Origin: a virus
Length of the DNA: 64,000 nt
IMG/VR virus record: IMGVR_UViG_3300027739_000009
Coordinates: 7,635 to 71,634 of that record
Direction: 5' to 3' (one strand)
Shown here: positions 20,201 through 28,128 of the stretch, in pieces
How the letters are laid out: every line of letters starts with the position of its first letter
How positions within the stretch are numbered: the stretch's first letter is position 1
Notes under the pieces: generated by a model
Databases searched by the model: none
The model's input: the letters and a program-made list of their open reading frames with translations, nothing else
What the model was told of the DNA's origin: nothing
Position numbers and translations under genes: made by a program

Positions 20201-20295
20201 AGATCAAGTTGTGCCTTAGATGTTTCGTTAAGGGTCTTGAGAGCTGCCTTGAGTTCGTTTATCCCCTGGACTGTTAAGTCGAAAACTGCTGACAT
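14272..20295 (-). CDS. Tail tape measure protein
   Basis: 2007 aa, Ala/Gly-rich helical; TP901-type core (GQTPAELAEG...GISAQDAL...SMAGTTIRNAL); C-terminal YATGG / YASGG...VGEDGPE motifs. Confidence 0.95.
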   Translation of the reverse strand: MSAVFDLTVQGINELKAALKTLNETSKAQLDLMAATDQVTRGLRAEAQVGFAALTKAMKENSSSVRENIKAKEAQISSVGQLTKALSQEVVKISEVKAALQASNAVSEKNLQVVTRLGTAASGTSVTLRNLAIATEANSRANAQAISGYSRIATLIGERKNLESGLTAAIARRSAAEEASLAIARQKHALDQQAIRDIQLRKVLTSSLDRDGSTAVLRELGYLTDGVAAKTRNAHAATAKWTALHRDLHSVLRGVGAASGSLFLTYGSILPMITAFGAAATGISSIKVGAQFESQVKYIEQLQESSAGVVFSFDEIKSKLLEIKGVGQTPAELAEGVKELVKAGISAQDALSGIGDMAKFVTVTETDMAKASDLVASQWLAWGPSSQAASRGVQSMSELLNLLSFTIVKSKADMDSMKTSMAYVTSLSGASDASYTDLLALAGALHNVGIESSMAGTTIRNALMKLQRESVIEKLTEQFNKFKVAYDPFTDASQTHYKQGIAALYEFKAAADKLPPTVRASVTEMAFGVRGMNVAGLDFKATMDAVGNAVTTNTSGKAPDVFKLKKELEDLQKAIRANDLEKNFLGTVFEGISTTALFKFAEIKAGIQRNMAEAFDSKAVSDALDNMIEAVDGDAFKSLIEGISNSATTLLKIFGEIANSPITAVLSGAVTGLSNFITIISNPVIGSIAAAGGIFALLFFGGPASAGAAVIALAANAIGIGFEMGGMLALMSDGVLSFSDAINMSGSDRSKLIADIRETGAASEASAASLRKLQIATANDEFATLVRKRERAQKAYDENKDSPIGSLFNGKNQQVITETTAEMSAIGLRLNTLKAEEKAAQERTTKTAADKVAREKELKAKQEEMRKFQAQMEAAAKGVPVGASGDLSKQEIDAAKRTQSEKLSMEKELRDYKTEMMADGLDKELTKVHNSYADAKAKFDQMKGNYSKTDQDAMAQQLTSNYYKGLETAEAEYTAKKKTRDEAEARRKNKILEDEAQANEKMYNFLATKGIASAETLYNFRKKAIANDVAEMKRSSNDKALIAAYEAEQLKQAWKESLASSNNFLDGFSSALMDAEEKMADFGSLGKQVFADLQKGISGMYKSILEGDFDSIGDGLKAMGENLKDTIFNFVADSMATKTISVGKDLLTSLFPSLGGMFGSSGPTYSNGAMNVNVVNGAGGLAGIAGSLTGEGGVLGGIKSWITENLGEGVTSVLGKVVGAVGLAGGAYGMYSGYKDLKEGKTGSGAVKMGMGAVSAYKGATSLGVVTEGTATNIAKAALAKIGVGGAAKIAGTKIATTYIAGKGATSYATFQAAASGSQAAAGATAAGGSTAASSGAGMSVGALGAVLAPVIVGITKRLTRVRYDTSNEMNKAGISPGNLEASGFTNAFKDVKGTILDAIPGLRAYQQAAYDASSASMLLTGQTQMAAVQFDQATGKWNAANINAAGSYQQVTQMNTAVTGTMVQNMKVRMEAERGVSVSMLEAARATNALAMAASTAANSENGAASTAVSFAAELDALRGTASSAGGAVSGLSSGLSTVAGQGRAADGSLDLVAAGITQTAVVARNGAGAFGGLMSSMQGLSSAAASAAGGVSSAASKILNASRTSYGANYSNNNRLGGRINYATGGILQGGSGYKDDLYLGTVNGVQQVAMGGEYIMPQGATQKYLPLLEKMRRKEYAVGGRVSASDDTLAEFMDYVGYETRKLSMSDLAISIEDLTREFVDYTAHAQELGANGTQLGQLTSLRDKLIAKEQADKAKELSDYMSDILVDMEEFTLTETQRDIAQNTRDLQESIAAAKELGATETDLGKIRELYGKKLDQINNEGIKEAVNGLSEFVKSMSGVEDATLSSKAAQQKLFETLAMAKNGDFSLVSQISDVLKDISIDKKNYATAADYARDYWRTSTAASELEKLSGSKLGMPGYASGGVHVGGWRVVGEDGPEVEYTGPSTIYNRGQLVDLSEVVRELKQLRREMSAGNYAVAKFSMKSAKALEAMQVDGIYLDAGEL

Positions 20296-20312
20296 ACCAT
20301 CACCCTATAAGG

Positions 20313-20657
20313 CTATTTTTGATTCTCAGGAGGTGCTGCTGGGTCATTTTTACTCGATTTATTTAAGTAGAAATTGTCCAACATTTGTATGACTTCTATG
20401 AAAAATTCCAAGTCAAGTCGAGCTATTGCCTGATTATAAAGGAATAGCGCCTGGAAATCAATCGGATTTGGTCCGCTCATGTTATAAGTTCTAAAATGAG
20501 ACAGCCTATTGAAGTGCTTGAGGAGGATGTGGTAGCCAGCAGGTACCACTGGCATAGTTTTTAATGCCAGTGGGTCCCTGCCTTGCTGCTTCATCTTGAG
20601 GAGAAATTCGAGGTGTTTACCCCATTCCTCCTCCCATAAGAGGAATGGGAGGATTAC
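20313..20657 (-). CDS. Tail assembly chaperone, frameshifted (GT) C-terminal part
   Basis: The -1 frame is open from the slippery site to 20313: KVILPFLLWEEEWGKHLEFLLKMKQQGRDP...MSGPNPIDF. Confidence 0.8.
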   Translation of the reverse strand, partial: VILPFLLWEEEWGKHLEFLLKMKQQGRDPLALKTMPVVPAGYHILLKHFNRLSHFRTYNMSGPNPIDFQALFLYNQAIARLDLEFFIEVIQMLDNFYLNKSSKNDPAAPPENQK

Positions 20658-21088
20658 TTTTTTACTGCCTCGGCTGATACTTCAGCTACCTCCTGAAAGT
20701 TCTTCAGGTCTTCGGCATAAGCAGCGCATTTCTGACGGAATTCAGGGTATTCCTTGAAAACCTCTGTGCACTTCTCAGGAGAGAACGGCACAACCTTACC
20801 CTTGATGGCAAACTTCTTACCCCAGCCGACGACCACGGTATGAGCCAGAACCTTGGCCATGATGTCATCACCGATGGAGTTCTGGACCGAGACATCAGGG
20901 TTGGCTAGTGCGGACTCAGCAGCACGATACTCTTTGTTGAGCATGGCTCTGTAATCTGCGTTATTGGTGGATTTCTTGAGCTGGATGTACTCTTCCGGAT
21001 CTGATCCGAGAGGCATCTTTGCGCCTTTATTGGCCAGGTCTTTATCGAATCCAAATACAGCGTGAAGATCAAACATAGCTTCCTCCAT
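20654..21088 (-). CDS. Tail assembly chaperone (G)
   Basis: Between tail tube and tape measure; VVVGWGKKF...VPFSPEK; ends GTA AAA AAG TAA. Confidence 0.8.
   Translation of the reverse strand: MEEAMFDLHAVFGFDKDLANKGAKMPLGSDPEEYIQLKKSTNNADYRAMLNKEYRAAESALANPDVSVQNSIGDDIMAKVLAHTVVVGWGKKFAIKGKVVPFSPEKCTEVFKEYPEFRQKCAAYAEDLKNFQEVAEVSAEAVKK
20657..20663 (-). other. Programmed -1 ribosomal frameshift heptamer A-AAA-AAG
   Basis: X XXY YYZ slippery sequence immediately before the G stop codon; the -1 frame joins the downstream ORF. Confidence 0.85.
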
Positions 21089-21097
21089 TGAATTTTG

Positions 21098-21126
21098 TTG
21101 ACTTTACTACACCTTTTCTATAAGTT
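21098..21126 (+). promoter_or_regulatory. Sigma70-type promoter for RHH gene
   Basis: TTGACT-N17-TAAGTT. Confidence 0.55.
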
Positions 21127-21184
21127 TGTATAGAATACACACAGACTATATCAACAAAAAACATTAACTTCAAGGGGTAAAATC

Positions 21185-21370
21185 ATGCCAGGTAAGAAAG
21201 GAAACACATACGTCCAGATCACACTCACCCCGTTTCACGTCCGGAAGCTGAAAATGATCTGTGCGAGAACTGGCTTGTCGAAGAGCGGGTTGCTGCAGAG
21301 GTTGGTTGAAAACTACGAGCTGATTGGTGAAAACAACCAGAAGATACAGGCTGACAGCGAGAAGAAATAA
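21185..21370 (+). CDS. Ribbon-helix-helix DNA-binding protein (antisense to tail operon)
   Basis: TYVQITL (beta strand) then KLKMICARTGLSKSGLLQRLVENY (two helices); AAGGGG RBS. Confidence 0.7.
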   Translation: MPGKKGNTYVQITLTPFHVRKLKMICARTGLSKSGLLQRLVENYELIGENNQKIQADSEKK

Positions 21371-21394
21371 AAAAGCCGGCCCGAAGGCCGGCTT
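21368..21394. terminator. Terminator hairpin between convergent RHH and tail tube genes
   Basis: AAAAAAGCCGGCC-cgaa-GGCCGGCTT (UUCG loop and U-tract on the minus strand). Confidence 0.8.
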
Positions 21395-21413
21395 CTCCCT
21401 GTCGGGGTTGGTC

Positions 21414-22613
21414 TTACGCTATTGAGCCGAGTCTGTCTATACAGAGCATCGCTCCTGAGTTGGTACCGATGGTGGCCGAGAATTCCAAGGCCATCATAAC
21501 GTCGGTGTTTATTCCACCAGCCACGACCGTAGAAGATACGATCTTGGCCCGCTCTATTGTCAGAGCATATCCGTTGTTGTTCGCATCAACACAGCTGATC
21601 GCAAAAGATATCGGCTGATCGGTGACCATCTTGTCGTAAACAGCAGCAGAAGAAGCTGCGCCGAAATAGATGTTGATCGACCCTTTGATATCAAACGAGC
21701 CTGGGGTGATACCGGCCAGGCCAATACCAGATCCAAGACATCTTCGCTCTTTGGCGCCGGTATCGATGGTGATATCAAACGACTCAGCGCAAGAGTCACT
21801 CACAGACACGCCGTCCAAAAGAACCTTGGTGGCGTTGACGGTATTGATCAAAGGGGTCGTGGTGGCAGCTACCGTGGTGGCTACGCCAGGGAACCCTGAG
21901 ACATTTGTCCTGGCCATGGTTCTGCCCATGAAATCAAACGAGCCAGATACCGGGCTTCCGGTGGCAAAGTTCAGCTTTGCTGATTTGACCACTGCGCCGG
22001 TCATCATGAAGAACTGAACCACGTCAGAGAATTCCTTCTCTATAGAGAAAGTCTTCAGGGTCGAGGTACCATTTTTCAGACGGGAAGACGACATGCTGAA
22101 CGCCTGGGTGGCGCTGGTTGAAGCGATGGCCTTCACAGCCGGGTCTACAGCGATCGATGTGGCTGTCGGCGCAACTGAGTCAGAACACTTGTATATACCA
22201 TTCAAAGCAGGAACTGAATGACCAGTGATCAGGAACCATTGACCCTTGGCATATACCGGCATGCCTGTACCGGAAATGATGTTGGTACCGGTGGTCATGG
22301 TGATACCGGTGACCGCGGTGACGCCGTTTGTTCCGCCGGTTACCCAGGTACTGGCAAGCAGAGCCTCGAGGAACTCGTCATGGGTCTTGAAGGAGAATTC
22401 CCACTCAAGAGCACCGCCTACAGACCCGGACACCAAAGTGGAGTCGGACATCTGCCGATCAGACCGCAGCTCCTGGGAGCCGCTCGATTCAATAGACTGG
22501 TTGAGTGATTCTTTTGTTACACGGTATTTCTGGGGATTTCCTGAAGGGATAGTACCCTCCACGGTCTCTACCTTGTAACGTATCTGGGCCGCTGATGCTG
22601 ACGCTGTAGTCAT
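21414..22613 (-). CDS. Major tail tube protein (Phage_tube_2-like)
   Basis: RYKVETVEGTIP...RVTKESL...SQELRSDRQ...VGGALEWEFS...DEFLEALL; FSIEKEFSD. Confidence 0.85.
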   Translation of the reverse strand: MTTASASAAQIRYKVETVEGTIPSGNPQKYRVTKESLNQSIESSGSQELRSDRQMSDSTLVSGSVGGALEWEFSFKTHDEFLEALLASTWVTGGTNGVTAVTGITMTTGTNIISGTGMPVYAKGQWFLITGHSVPALNGIYKCSDSVAPTATSIAVDPAVKAIASTSATQAFSMSSSRLKNGTSTLKTFSIEKEFSDVVQFFMMTGAVVKSAKLNFATGSPVSGSFDFMGRTMARTNVSGFPGVATTVAATTTPLINTVNATKVLLDGVSVSDSCAESFDITIDTGAKERRCLGSGIGLAGITPGSFDIKGSINIYFGAASSAAVYDKMVTDQPISFAISCVDANNNGYALTIERAKIVSSTVVAGGINTDVMMALEFSATIGTNSGAMLCIDRLGSIA

Positions 22614-22624
22614 GACATTACTCC

Positions 22625-23032
22625 TTAAACATTAAAATATTCGGTTTGAAAGGGCACAACATTCAGCGTCCCTTCCCAGCCTGCCATTCCCGCATCGTAG
22701 TACGGGCTTACTGTCTGGAATACTATTCCATTTATTGTGCGTAATCCAAACTTATCTACCAGAAAATCAGAGAATTGGCTACTTTCCTTTATCCCTGTCC
22801 CGGGCCGGTAGAAAAATGTGATGTTGATGCTGCCTTTGACCTTAACATTCCTGCTGCCGAGTTCCAGCTGAGTAACCGGCGAGAAGGTGAAATAGACGTG
22901 AACAAAAGGATCCGTCCTTCCTTCGGGATCACAGGCTACTCTATTTGGAAAGTTCACCGGCAGGTTTGGGTAGGAGGTAGTTATGAAGCTCTCTATTGCG
23001 CCTGCAAGTTTTGTTCTCAGCTCATCAAACAT
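22625..23032 (-). CDS. Tail terminator protein
   Basis: LPVNFPN...G.INITFF...GTG pattern; position upstream of tail tube. Confidence 0.65.
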   Translation of the reverse strand: MFDELRTKLAGAIESFITTSYPNLPVNFPNRVACDPEGRTDPFVHVYFTFSPVTQLELGSRNVKVKGSINITFFYRPGTGIKESSQFSDFLVDKFGLRTINGIVFQTVSPYYDAGMAGWEGTLNVVPFQTEYFNV

Positions 23033-23543
23033 TGTAATCCCTATATATTTTCCAGGTACTTGATCCTACGTAAATTCTCTTAGCCAACCTGGCCCTCATC
23101 CTACCCTCAAACCTTCCAAAGTGACCAGCTGAACCTGTGTTACCTGGATCACCAGCATACCCGCTATTTGGTTTACGACCTTCCTGTGACTGAGCTGCGT
23201 CGGCGTATGAGACTGGGTTTGTCACCGTAATCATTGGTATCTGCTGGACAGCGCCGTAGCCTGAGAACTGAGCCTTGAACCTCCTCACTGTTGAAAGAGC
23301 TTTAGAGACGGCAGGCTCTGACCCTTGGCTATACCAGGTACCTTCAGGTGGCTCTTTTACGGTTTTCTCTCCACCGCCACCGGACCCGACATACCAGCTG
23401 GCCACATACGATCCATATCTCTGAGGAGACTCTCTAATAAGCTCTTCCATCTCCATGGCCACCATTCCGGCCAGAACGGCACCCAGCTCAGCGATGTCCT
23501 CTTTGAACTTATTGGCCAACTTGAGATCAGGAGTGAACTTCAT
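23025..23543 (-). CDS. HK97 gp10-like tail completion protein
   Basis: ESPQRYGSYVASWYVG...ITVTNPVSYA motif; synteny. Confidence 0.6.
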   Translation of the reverse strand: MKFTPDLKLANKFKEDIAELGAVLAGMVAMEMEELIRESPQRYGSYVASWYVGSGGGGEKTVKEPPEGTWYSQGSEPAVSKALSTVRRFKAQFSGYGAVQQIPMITVTNPVSYADAAQSQEGRKPNSGYAGDPGNTGSAGHFGRFEGRMRARLAKRIYVGSSTWKIYRDYNV

Positions 23544-23544
23544 A

Positions 23545-24393
23545 TCAGTGTTTCTGCCGGCAGTGGGCTGTCCAGGTGTTCCCACTGGACTGCACAGAGA
23601 GTACAAGGTTGGTACCTATCTTGTCCCCGACGAGCAGGGAAGGAACTGCAGATTTCAGAACCGATATAGCAAGATCCCCTGCCTCTGGTTTCACAAATCC
23701 AAGTACCTCATGACGGAAGTTCATAACCAGAGGCTCCAGGAAGGCCAGGACTGACACAGGTGTCATACCGACAACAGAGTCAGTGGCAGCGTCATATTTG
23801 CTGGTGTTTCCGTAATAGTTCAGGGTCTGGACAGGAGCGTATAACTCAACAACCTCAGAGACACCCAAACCGATATCGTCCTTTCTGGAGGTTTCCCTGG
23901 TTCTGAACCACTGACCACCGCCGACAAATATCATCCCAGGCTGTACCGGCCCGAAAGCCGCACTATAGATCATCTCGTAACCACCCAGGTAATCAGAGGT
24001 CTCCTCCAGGATGACCCGGCGAATGTAAGAAGGCTCGGCCCAGACACCTAGAGTACCGCCGGTACCGGCCAGGATATTCTCAATGCTCTTGATATCGAAC
24101 TGCCGCCCAACCGGCAGGGCCGGGTGCTTCACGGCGATGACTCTCCCCCGGTACCAGTCAGGAGATCCCTCAGCCATGACGAACACCTGTTGTGAGCTTT
24201 TCTCCTTCACGGTGAGCTGATCCGGCATTACCACATCAGGGGCAACCTCGATGATCCTTCTCCGAGAGGATGGTCCAGACCGTACTGACTCGTTGAATAG
24301 CTGGATCTGACCGAAGAAGTCAGAGGAAACACCATAGGCATCCTCAAACCCTTCCGTGTCGGCTGATCGGGCCAGATCAAATAAGCTCATCAT
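23545..24393 (-). CDS. Putative head completion/head-tail joining protein
   Basis: Synteny between connector and gp10-like genes; beta-rich. Confidence 0.45.
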   Translation of the reverse strand: MMSLFDLARSADTEGFEDAYGVSSDFFGQIQLFNESVRSGPSSRRRIIEVAPDVVMPDQLTVKEKSSQQVFVMAEGSPDWYRGRVIAVKHPALPVGRQFDIKSIENILAGTGGTLGVWAEPSYIRRVILEETSDYLGGYEMIYSAAFGPVQPGMIFVGGGQWFRTRETSRKDDIGLGVSEVVELYAPVQTLNYYGNTSKYDAATDSVVGMTPVSVLAFLEPLVMNFRHEVLGFVKPEAGDLAISVLKSAVPSLLVGDKIGTNLVLSVQSSGNTWTAHCRQKH

Positions 24394-24893
24394 TCGTTGG
24401 TCACCACGTTCACAAATGGCTTTACTGCTGAGAGCAGCGGGAACACGACTATTTCAGGAGAGACGATATTCTCTATCTGCTGCCTGAGGTCGTCCAGCTG
24501 CTTCTTGATGTTGTTCGCTGTGGTTTCATACACAGACTCTGGAGAGAACCGAACGAGGGTTCTCTTACCGTCAGACGAGGACTTCGGTGCCCTGGTGCTG
24601 AGGGATGTGGCCACTTCAGCCGCCACGACATAGGTTGAGAAGAGCCTGGTCAGATTGTAAAGGCGCTGCTCGAGAGGCGTCCTGGCCGACTCAAGGATGG
24701 CTACAATGGCCAGGAACCTCGTATCAAGAGGTCCTGGCCCTGGAGCGACGGACGGTAGAGTAACCTCTTGTAACTTCAACTGCAGGGTATTGGCGTACAT
24801 TTCCGCCGATAGCATGCTGTCAGACAGTTCGTCTGAGCTCAGGCCTACCGCCTGCCGAATCTCGTCAAAAGAGGTATACTCTAAGATGTCCAT
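24390..24893 (-). CDS. Putative head-tail connector/adaptor
   Basis: YTSFDEIRQAVGLSSDELSD helical N-terminus; synteny after capsid gene. Confidence 0.55.
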   Translation of the reverse strand: MDILEYTSFDEIRQAVGLSSDELSDSMLSAEMYANTLQLKLQEVTLPSVAPGPGPLDTRFLAIVAILESARTPLEQRLYNLTRLFSTYVVAAEVATSLSTRAPKSSSDGKRTLVRFSPESVYETTANNIKKQLDDLRQQIENIVSPEIVVFPLLSAVKPFVNVVTNE

Positions 24894-24894
24894 G

Positions 24895-25215
24895 TTATTC
24901 GACCTCTGTCAAAATCCCGGCATCTACCTGTGCTTGGGTCCAGGTGTCCATCTCCAGCTCTACTTCAGAACCATACGGAATCGACCGTTTCTGCAATGGG
25001 TGGTGCATGGCCAGGGTCGAGACGAATTTCTTCAAAACGACTTTCTTGCCCTTCGGCTCTTTCTTCTTATCAGCTTTAGCAGCATCGGCAGCGGCAGCTT
25101 GTTCAGCAGCTTTTGCCTCTTCTTCAGCCTTTTTAGCAGCCTCTTCATCAGCGATCTTCTTCTCAGCTTCGAGTTCCTCTGGGGTCTTGGTGGAAATACC
25201 GGTTTCGTCTGGCAT
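24895..25215 (-). CDS. Small Ala/Glu/Lys-rich protein, possibly capsid-associated
   Basis: AGAGGA RBS; low-complexity EEAAKKAEEEAK N-terminus. Confidence 0.5.
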   Translation of the reverse strand: MPDETGISTKTPEELEAEKKIADEEAAKKAEEEAKAAEQAAAADAAKADKKKEPKGKKVVLKKFVSTLAMHHPLQKRSIPYGSEVELEMDTWTQAQVDAGILTEVE

Positions 25216-25299
25216 GTTGTCCTCTTCTGGTTGAGTTTTATGGGGTTGAGCCAATTTGTTGACAGTATAGGGTGTTGACAAAGAAATTACAAGAAAATC

Positions 25300-25328
25300 T
25301 TGACTTGTCGAAAAGTTGGGTATAATGT
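25300..25328 (+). promoter_or_regulatory. Sigma70-type promoter for RHH-HNH cassette
   Basis: TTGACT-N17-TAATGT (overlapping TATAAT). Confidence 0.6.
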
Positions 25329-25379
25329 TTGGATTGGAAGGTATATAGGATAGGTTAAACATTAACACTTGGAGACTCT

Positions 25380-25526
25380 ATGGCTGAAAAAATGGTACTT
25401 CGATCTGTGCATGTGAAGTTTGATATCTGGGAAAAGTTGAAGGAGAGAGCCGGTAAGTTGGAGGTCCCTGTTTCATATTTGGTTCGAGTGGCTATTAAAG
25501 AGTATCTGGAGAGGGTTGAGAAATGA
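25380..25526 (+). CDS. Ribbon-helix-helix protein, 48 aa (not in the ORF track)
   Basis: MAEKMVLRSVHVKFDIWEKLKERAGKLEVPVSYLVRVAIKEYLERVEK; GGAGA RBS; ATGA overlap with HNH. Confidence 0.75.
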   Translation: MAEKMVLRSVHVKFDIWEKLKERAGKLEVPVSYLVRVAIKEYLERVEK

Positions 25527-26404
25527 GTAGGAAACTTACCACTGAAGGATTCATGGATCGGGCTCGAGCGGTCCACGGCGATCGTTATGACTATACGTTG
25601 GTTGATTACAAAAGTGCACACGTAAAAATAACGATAAAGTGTAAAGAGCACGGGGAGTTTCTTCAGGACCCTGCTTCGCACCTGGCAGGACACGGGTGTA
25701 AGGATTGCGCTGTGGAGGCAACTGTTGGAAGAGATGTAGAGAGGAATAGACTGAGGGCTATTGAAAGATCAAGTGACTATTACCACAGCAACAAGAAGGA
25801 GATAGCTGTGAAGGCCAAAGAGTACCGAGAGAAAAACAAGGACACCATAAATCAAAGGAACAAGGAGTATTCAGAGAAAAACGCTGAAAACATCAGGGAA
25901 AGAGTAAGAGAGTGGGGGAGATCCCCGGCTAAGTTCTCCACATTTGGGAACAGACTGCCTGAAGATGCTAGAGCAGTGTGCGGGGACGATGACGAACTGC
26001 TTGTTTCATGCAAACACTGTGGGGTGGTGTTTACCGCGGCTAACAGTCAGTGTAAGAGGAGAATAGCGGCTGCAAGAAGCACAGAGTTTGGCGAGTCCCA
26101 TCTATACTGCTCTGACGAGTGTAAAAGAAAGTGTGATATTTATCAGGCCAGAAAGTTCAAGAAATCAGAAAGGACCAGGAGTAGTAAGGCAAGATCATGT
26201 CAGCAGACACATAAAAAAGCCCTCACCCAACTTCAGTGTGACGAGACCGGATATAACTTTTGTGAACGCTGCGGGGATATAATTATCGGGGTTGATTACC
26301 ACCACACTATACCTGTCTCTGCTGGGGTTGATAGGATTTCTGGGCCAGAAGAGGCTGAGCTGCTCTGTGCTGGTTGCCATGTAGACCTACACGGATCTTG
26401 CTAA
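25523..26404 (+). CDS. HNH homing-type endonuclease with N-terminal DUF723-like Zn domain
   Basis: AVHGDRYDYTLVDY...CKEHGEFLQDPASHLAGHGCKDC; C-terminal CERCG...DYHHTIP...LLCAGCHVDLH. Confidence 0.8.
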   Translation: MSRKLTTEGFMDRARAVHGDRYDYTLVDYKSAHVKITIKCKEHGEFLQDPASHLAGHGCKDCAVEATVGRDVERNRLRAIERSSDYYHSNKKEIAVKAKEYREKNKDTINQRNKEYSEKNAENIRERVREWGRSPAKFSTFGNRLPEDARAVCGDDDELLVSCKHCGVVFTAANSQCKRRIAAARSTEFGESHLYCSDECKRKCDIYQARKFKKSERTRSSKARSCQQTHKKALTQLQCDETGYNFCERCGDIIIGVDYHHTIPVSAGVDRISGPEEAELLCAGCHVDLHGSC

Positions 26405-26438
26405 AACAAAAGCCCTGTCAGCTTTCGCTGACAGGGCT
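26405..26438 (-). terminator. Intrinsic terminator after major capsid gene
   Basis: AGCCCTGTCAGC-gaaa-GCTGACAGGGCT-TTTGTTTT on the minus strand. Confidence 0.85.
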
Positions 26439-26467
26439 AAAGAACCTAGGGAGAGGAAGGCCCTAGA

Positions 26468-27664
26468 TTATGACATGACCATGCAATTAAATGCTGAATC
26501 GTACATACGATATGTAATAAATCCGCGGTCAATACGAATCTCGGTGGACTTCTTGATTACCATTTCCTCGATGGCCTGATACTCTGCGGCGGTCGAAGTG
26601 ACCTTGGCAATGGCCTGGCTCTTATCCAAAGACAGGATGGTACTGGCCGGGAAGGTACCGACCGGCATGATCAGCATGTCGATGGTGCTATTGAAAGAAG
26701 GATAGGTGACCCGGAAAGGTACATCGATCCGATCAATCGAGTTGTTCATGACGTTTGTAGGACGATTTGCCCGATTCTCAATCGCCATTGCGGCGTTGAA
26801 GTCACAGATAAGGTTCGTCTTGGTCATCGTCATGGAGTTCTTGTACAGAAACGCCAGCCATGCCTTTTGGGTCATGGTGTTAGCGCCGGTACAAGCCGCA
26901 TCCAAGGAGGTAGCGGTGAAGGTAGCCAGAGCTGAGGTACCAGCTGACATAGAGTTCACAGCCGCATCCGGATCACCATTCAGCAAGTAGCCAATCTGAG
27001 TGACCCACTCATTGTAATTGGCGATCTTGAAGAAGCGGGCCAGGGTCATTGCTACGAAATCCAGGCTGTTCTGAGCAAGAGCCTCGCGGGAGATCTCCAT
27101 ACCGATGGCGGTGGTGGGGATCTTACGGGAGATGTCAGATGCCTTGATAGAGAGCATGATCGGAGGACGAGCGTTCTGAGCGACTGCCTGGAACTGAGAA
27201 TTCTCAGGACCGCCAGCACCAGAGTAGCTGATTACCGGCTGCTCAATTCGAGGAGACGATACAGTCTGACGATACCCTACCAGGTTCTCGAAAGCACCGG
27301 TGGCCACATCCTCAGTACCCTGCAGCTTGTCCTCGATCACCTCCATCAACGCGGCTGGAAAAAGGATCCTACTATCCGGCACGGCCGGGGCATTTACGTA
27401 GGAACCAGCAGCGTCAAGCGACGGATCCAAAATGTCTCGGAGGTTAGCGGAAGGAGTACCAGTGTGCTCGTCAGCGCGGAATCGCAATCCAGCAGAGGCA
27501 CACATCTGCTGGAAAGCATCTGGGCCGCTGGCAGCGGTTGGGTACTTGGAATTTACGAGCTGACGAACGGACACTTTCTTGTCCATGGCCTCTCGGTAAA
27601 ATGACATGCCGTTGAGTTCTACTTGCGCCTGTTTACCGTCGGCGCCGATGATTGTAACAGCCAT
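26468..27664 (-). CDS. Major capsid protein
   Basis: 398 aa after decoration and scaffold genes, followed by strong terminator; HK97-like features (GMEISREAL...DFVAMTLARF). Confidence 0.8.
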   Translation of the reverse strand: MAVTIIGADGKQAQVELNGMSFYREAMDKKVSVRQLVNSKYPTAASGPDAFQQMCASAGLRFRADEHTGTPSANLRDILDPSLDAAGSYVNAPAVPDSRILFPAALMEVIEDKLQGTEDVATGAFENLVGYRQTVSSPRIEQPVISYSGAGGPENSQFQAVAQNARPPIMLSIKASDISRKIPTTAIGMEISREALAQNSLDFVAMTLARFFKIANYNEWVTQIGYLLNGDPDAAVNSMSAGTSALATFTATSLDAACTGANTMTQKAWLAFLYKNSMTMTKTNLICDFNAAMAIENRANRPTNVMNNSIDRIDVPFRVTYPSFNSTIDMLIMPVGTFPASTILSLDKSQAIAKVTSTAAEYQAIEEMVIKKSTEIRIDRGFITYRMYDSAFNCMVMS

Positions 27665-27682
27665 GATGATTATCTCCTTAAA

Positions 27683-28105
27683 TTACTGTTTTTCGAGAAC
27701 TACAGTTGCGCCGTCCAGACCAGTTCCGGAGATAACCAACCAGAGAAAAGTGGTGGTGGCAGCAACTACATGAGCCTCAACCAGACCATACTCACCAACT
27801 TTGGCAGTGCCAGCAGCGGTGTTGGTCGTGGACTGGACGAATGTCCCTACGGCAGCGGCACCGACCAGGATCGCTTTGACACGACCGGCTGTGGTGACAC
27901 CAACCAGCTTCTTACCGTCGACAGTCTGCGGTTCGACCGAGGCGATGAAGCCATAGATCTGATCGCCATCGACGCACAGGGCTACTTCATCAGCAGCTCC
28001 AATTTTTACAGGTTTACCGATATCGTTATCGGTGACGGCCACAGGGGCCTTGTAGGTCTTGACAATGTTCTCGCCTACATTGATCTGGGAAACAAAACGT
28101 GGCAT
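27683..28105 (-). CDS. Capsid decoration/cement protein
   Basis: DIGKPVKIGAADEVALCVDGDQIYGFIASVE, 140 aa, directly upstream of MCP. Confidence 0.65.
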   Translation of the reverse strand: MPRFVSQINVGENIVKTYKAPVAVTDNDIGKPVKIGAADEVALCVDGDQIYGFIASVEPQTVDGKKLVGVTTAGRVKAILVGAAAVGTFVQSTTNTAAGTAKVGEYGLVEAHVVAATTTFLWLVISGTGLDGATVVLEKQ

Positions 28106-28128
28106 GGTATAGCCCTCCTAAAAGTTGG

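Noticed and set aside
14352-20392. Numerous plus-strand ORFs opposite the tape measure and other structural genes
   Set aside because: Shadow ORFs from codon bias of the real minus-strand genes; they have no RBS or recognisable motifs.
21414-22613. Contractile tail sheath
   Set aside because: The sequence fits a tube protein; no sheath or baseplate wedge (gpJ/gp25-like) genes are seen, and the G/GT plus long tape measure layout is sipho-like.
21098-25328. Non-canonical promoter class TTGACT-N15-TATAA
   Set aside because: Both sites also fit a normal 17-nt spacer with TAAGTT or TAATGT as the -10, so no special sigma factor needs to be invoked.
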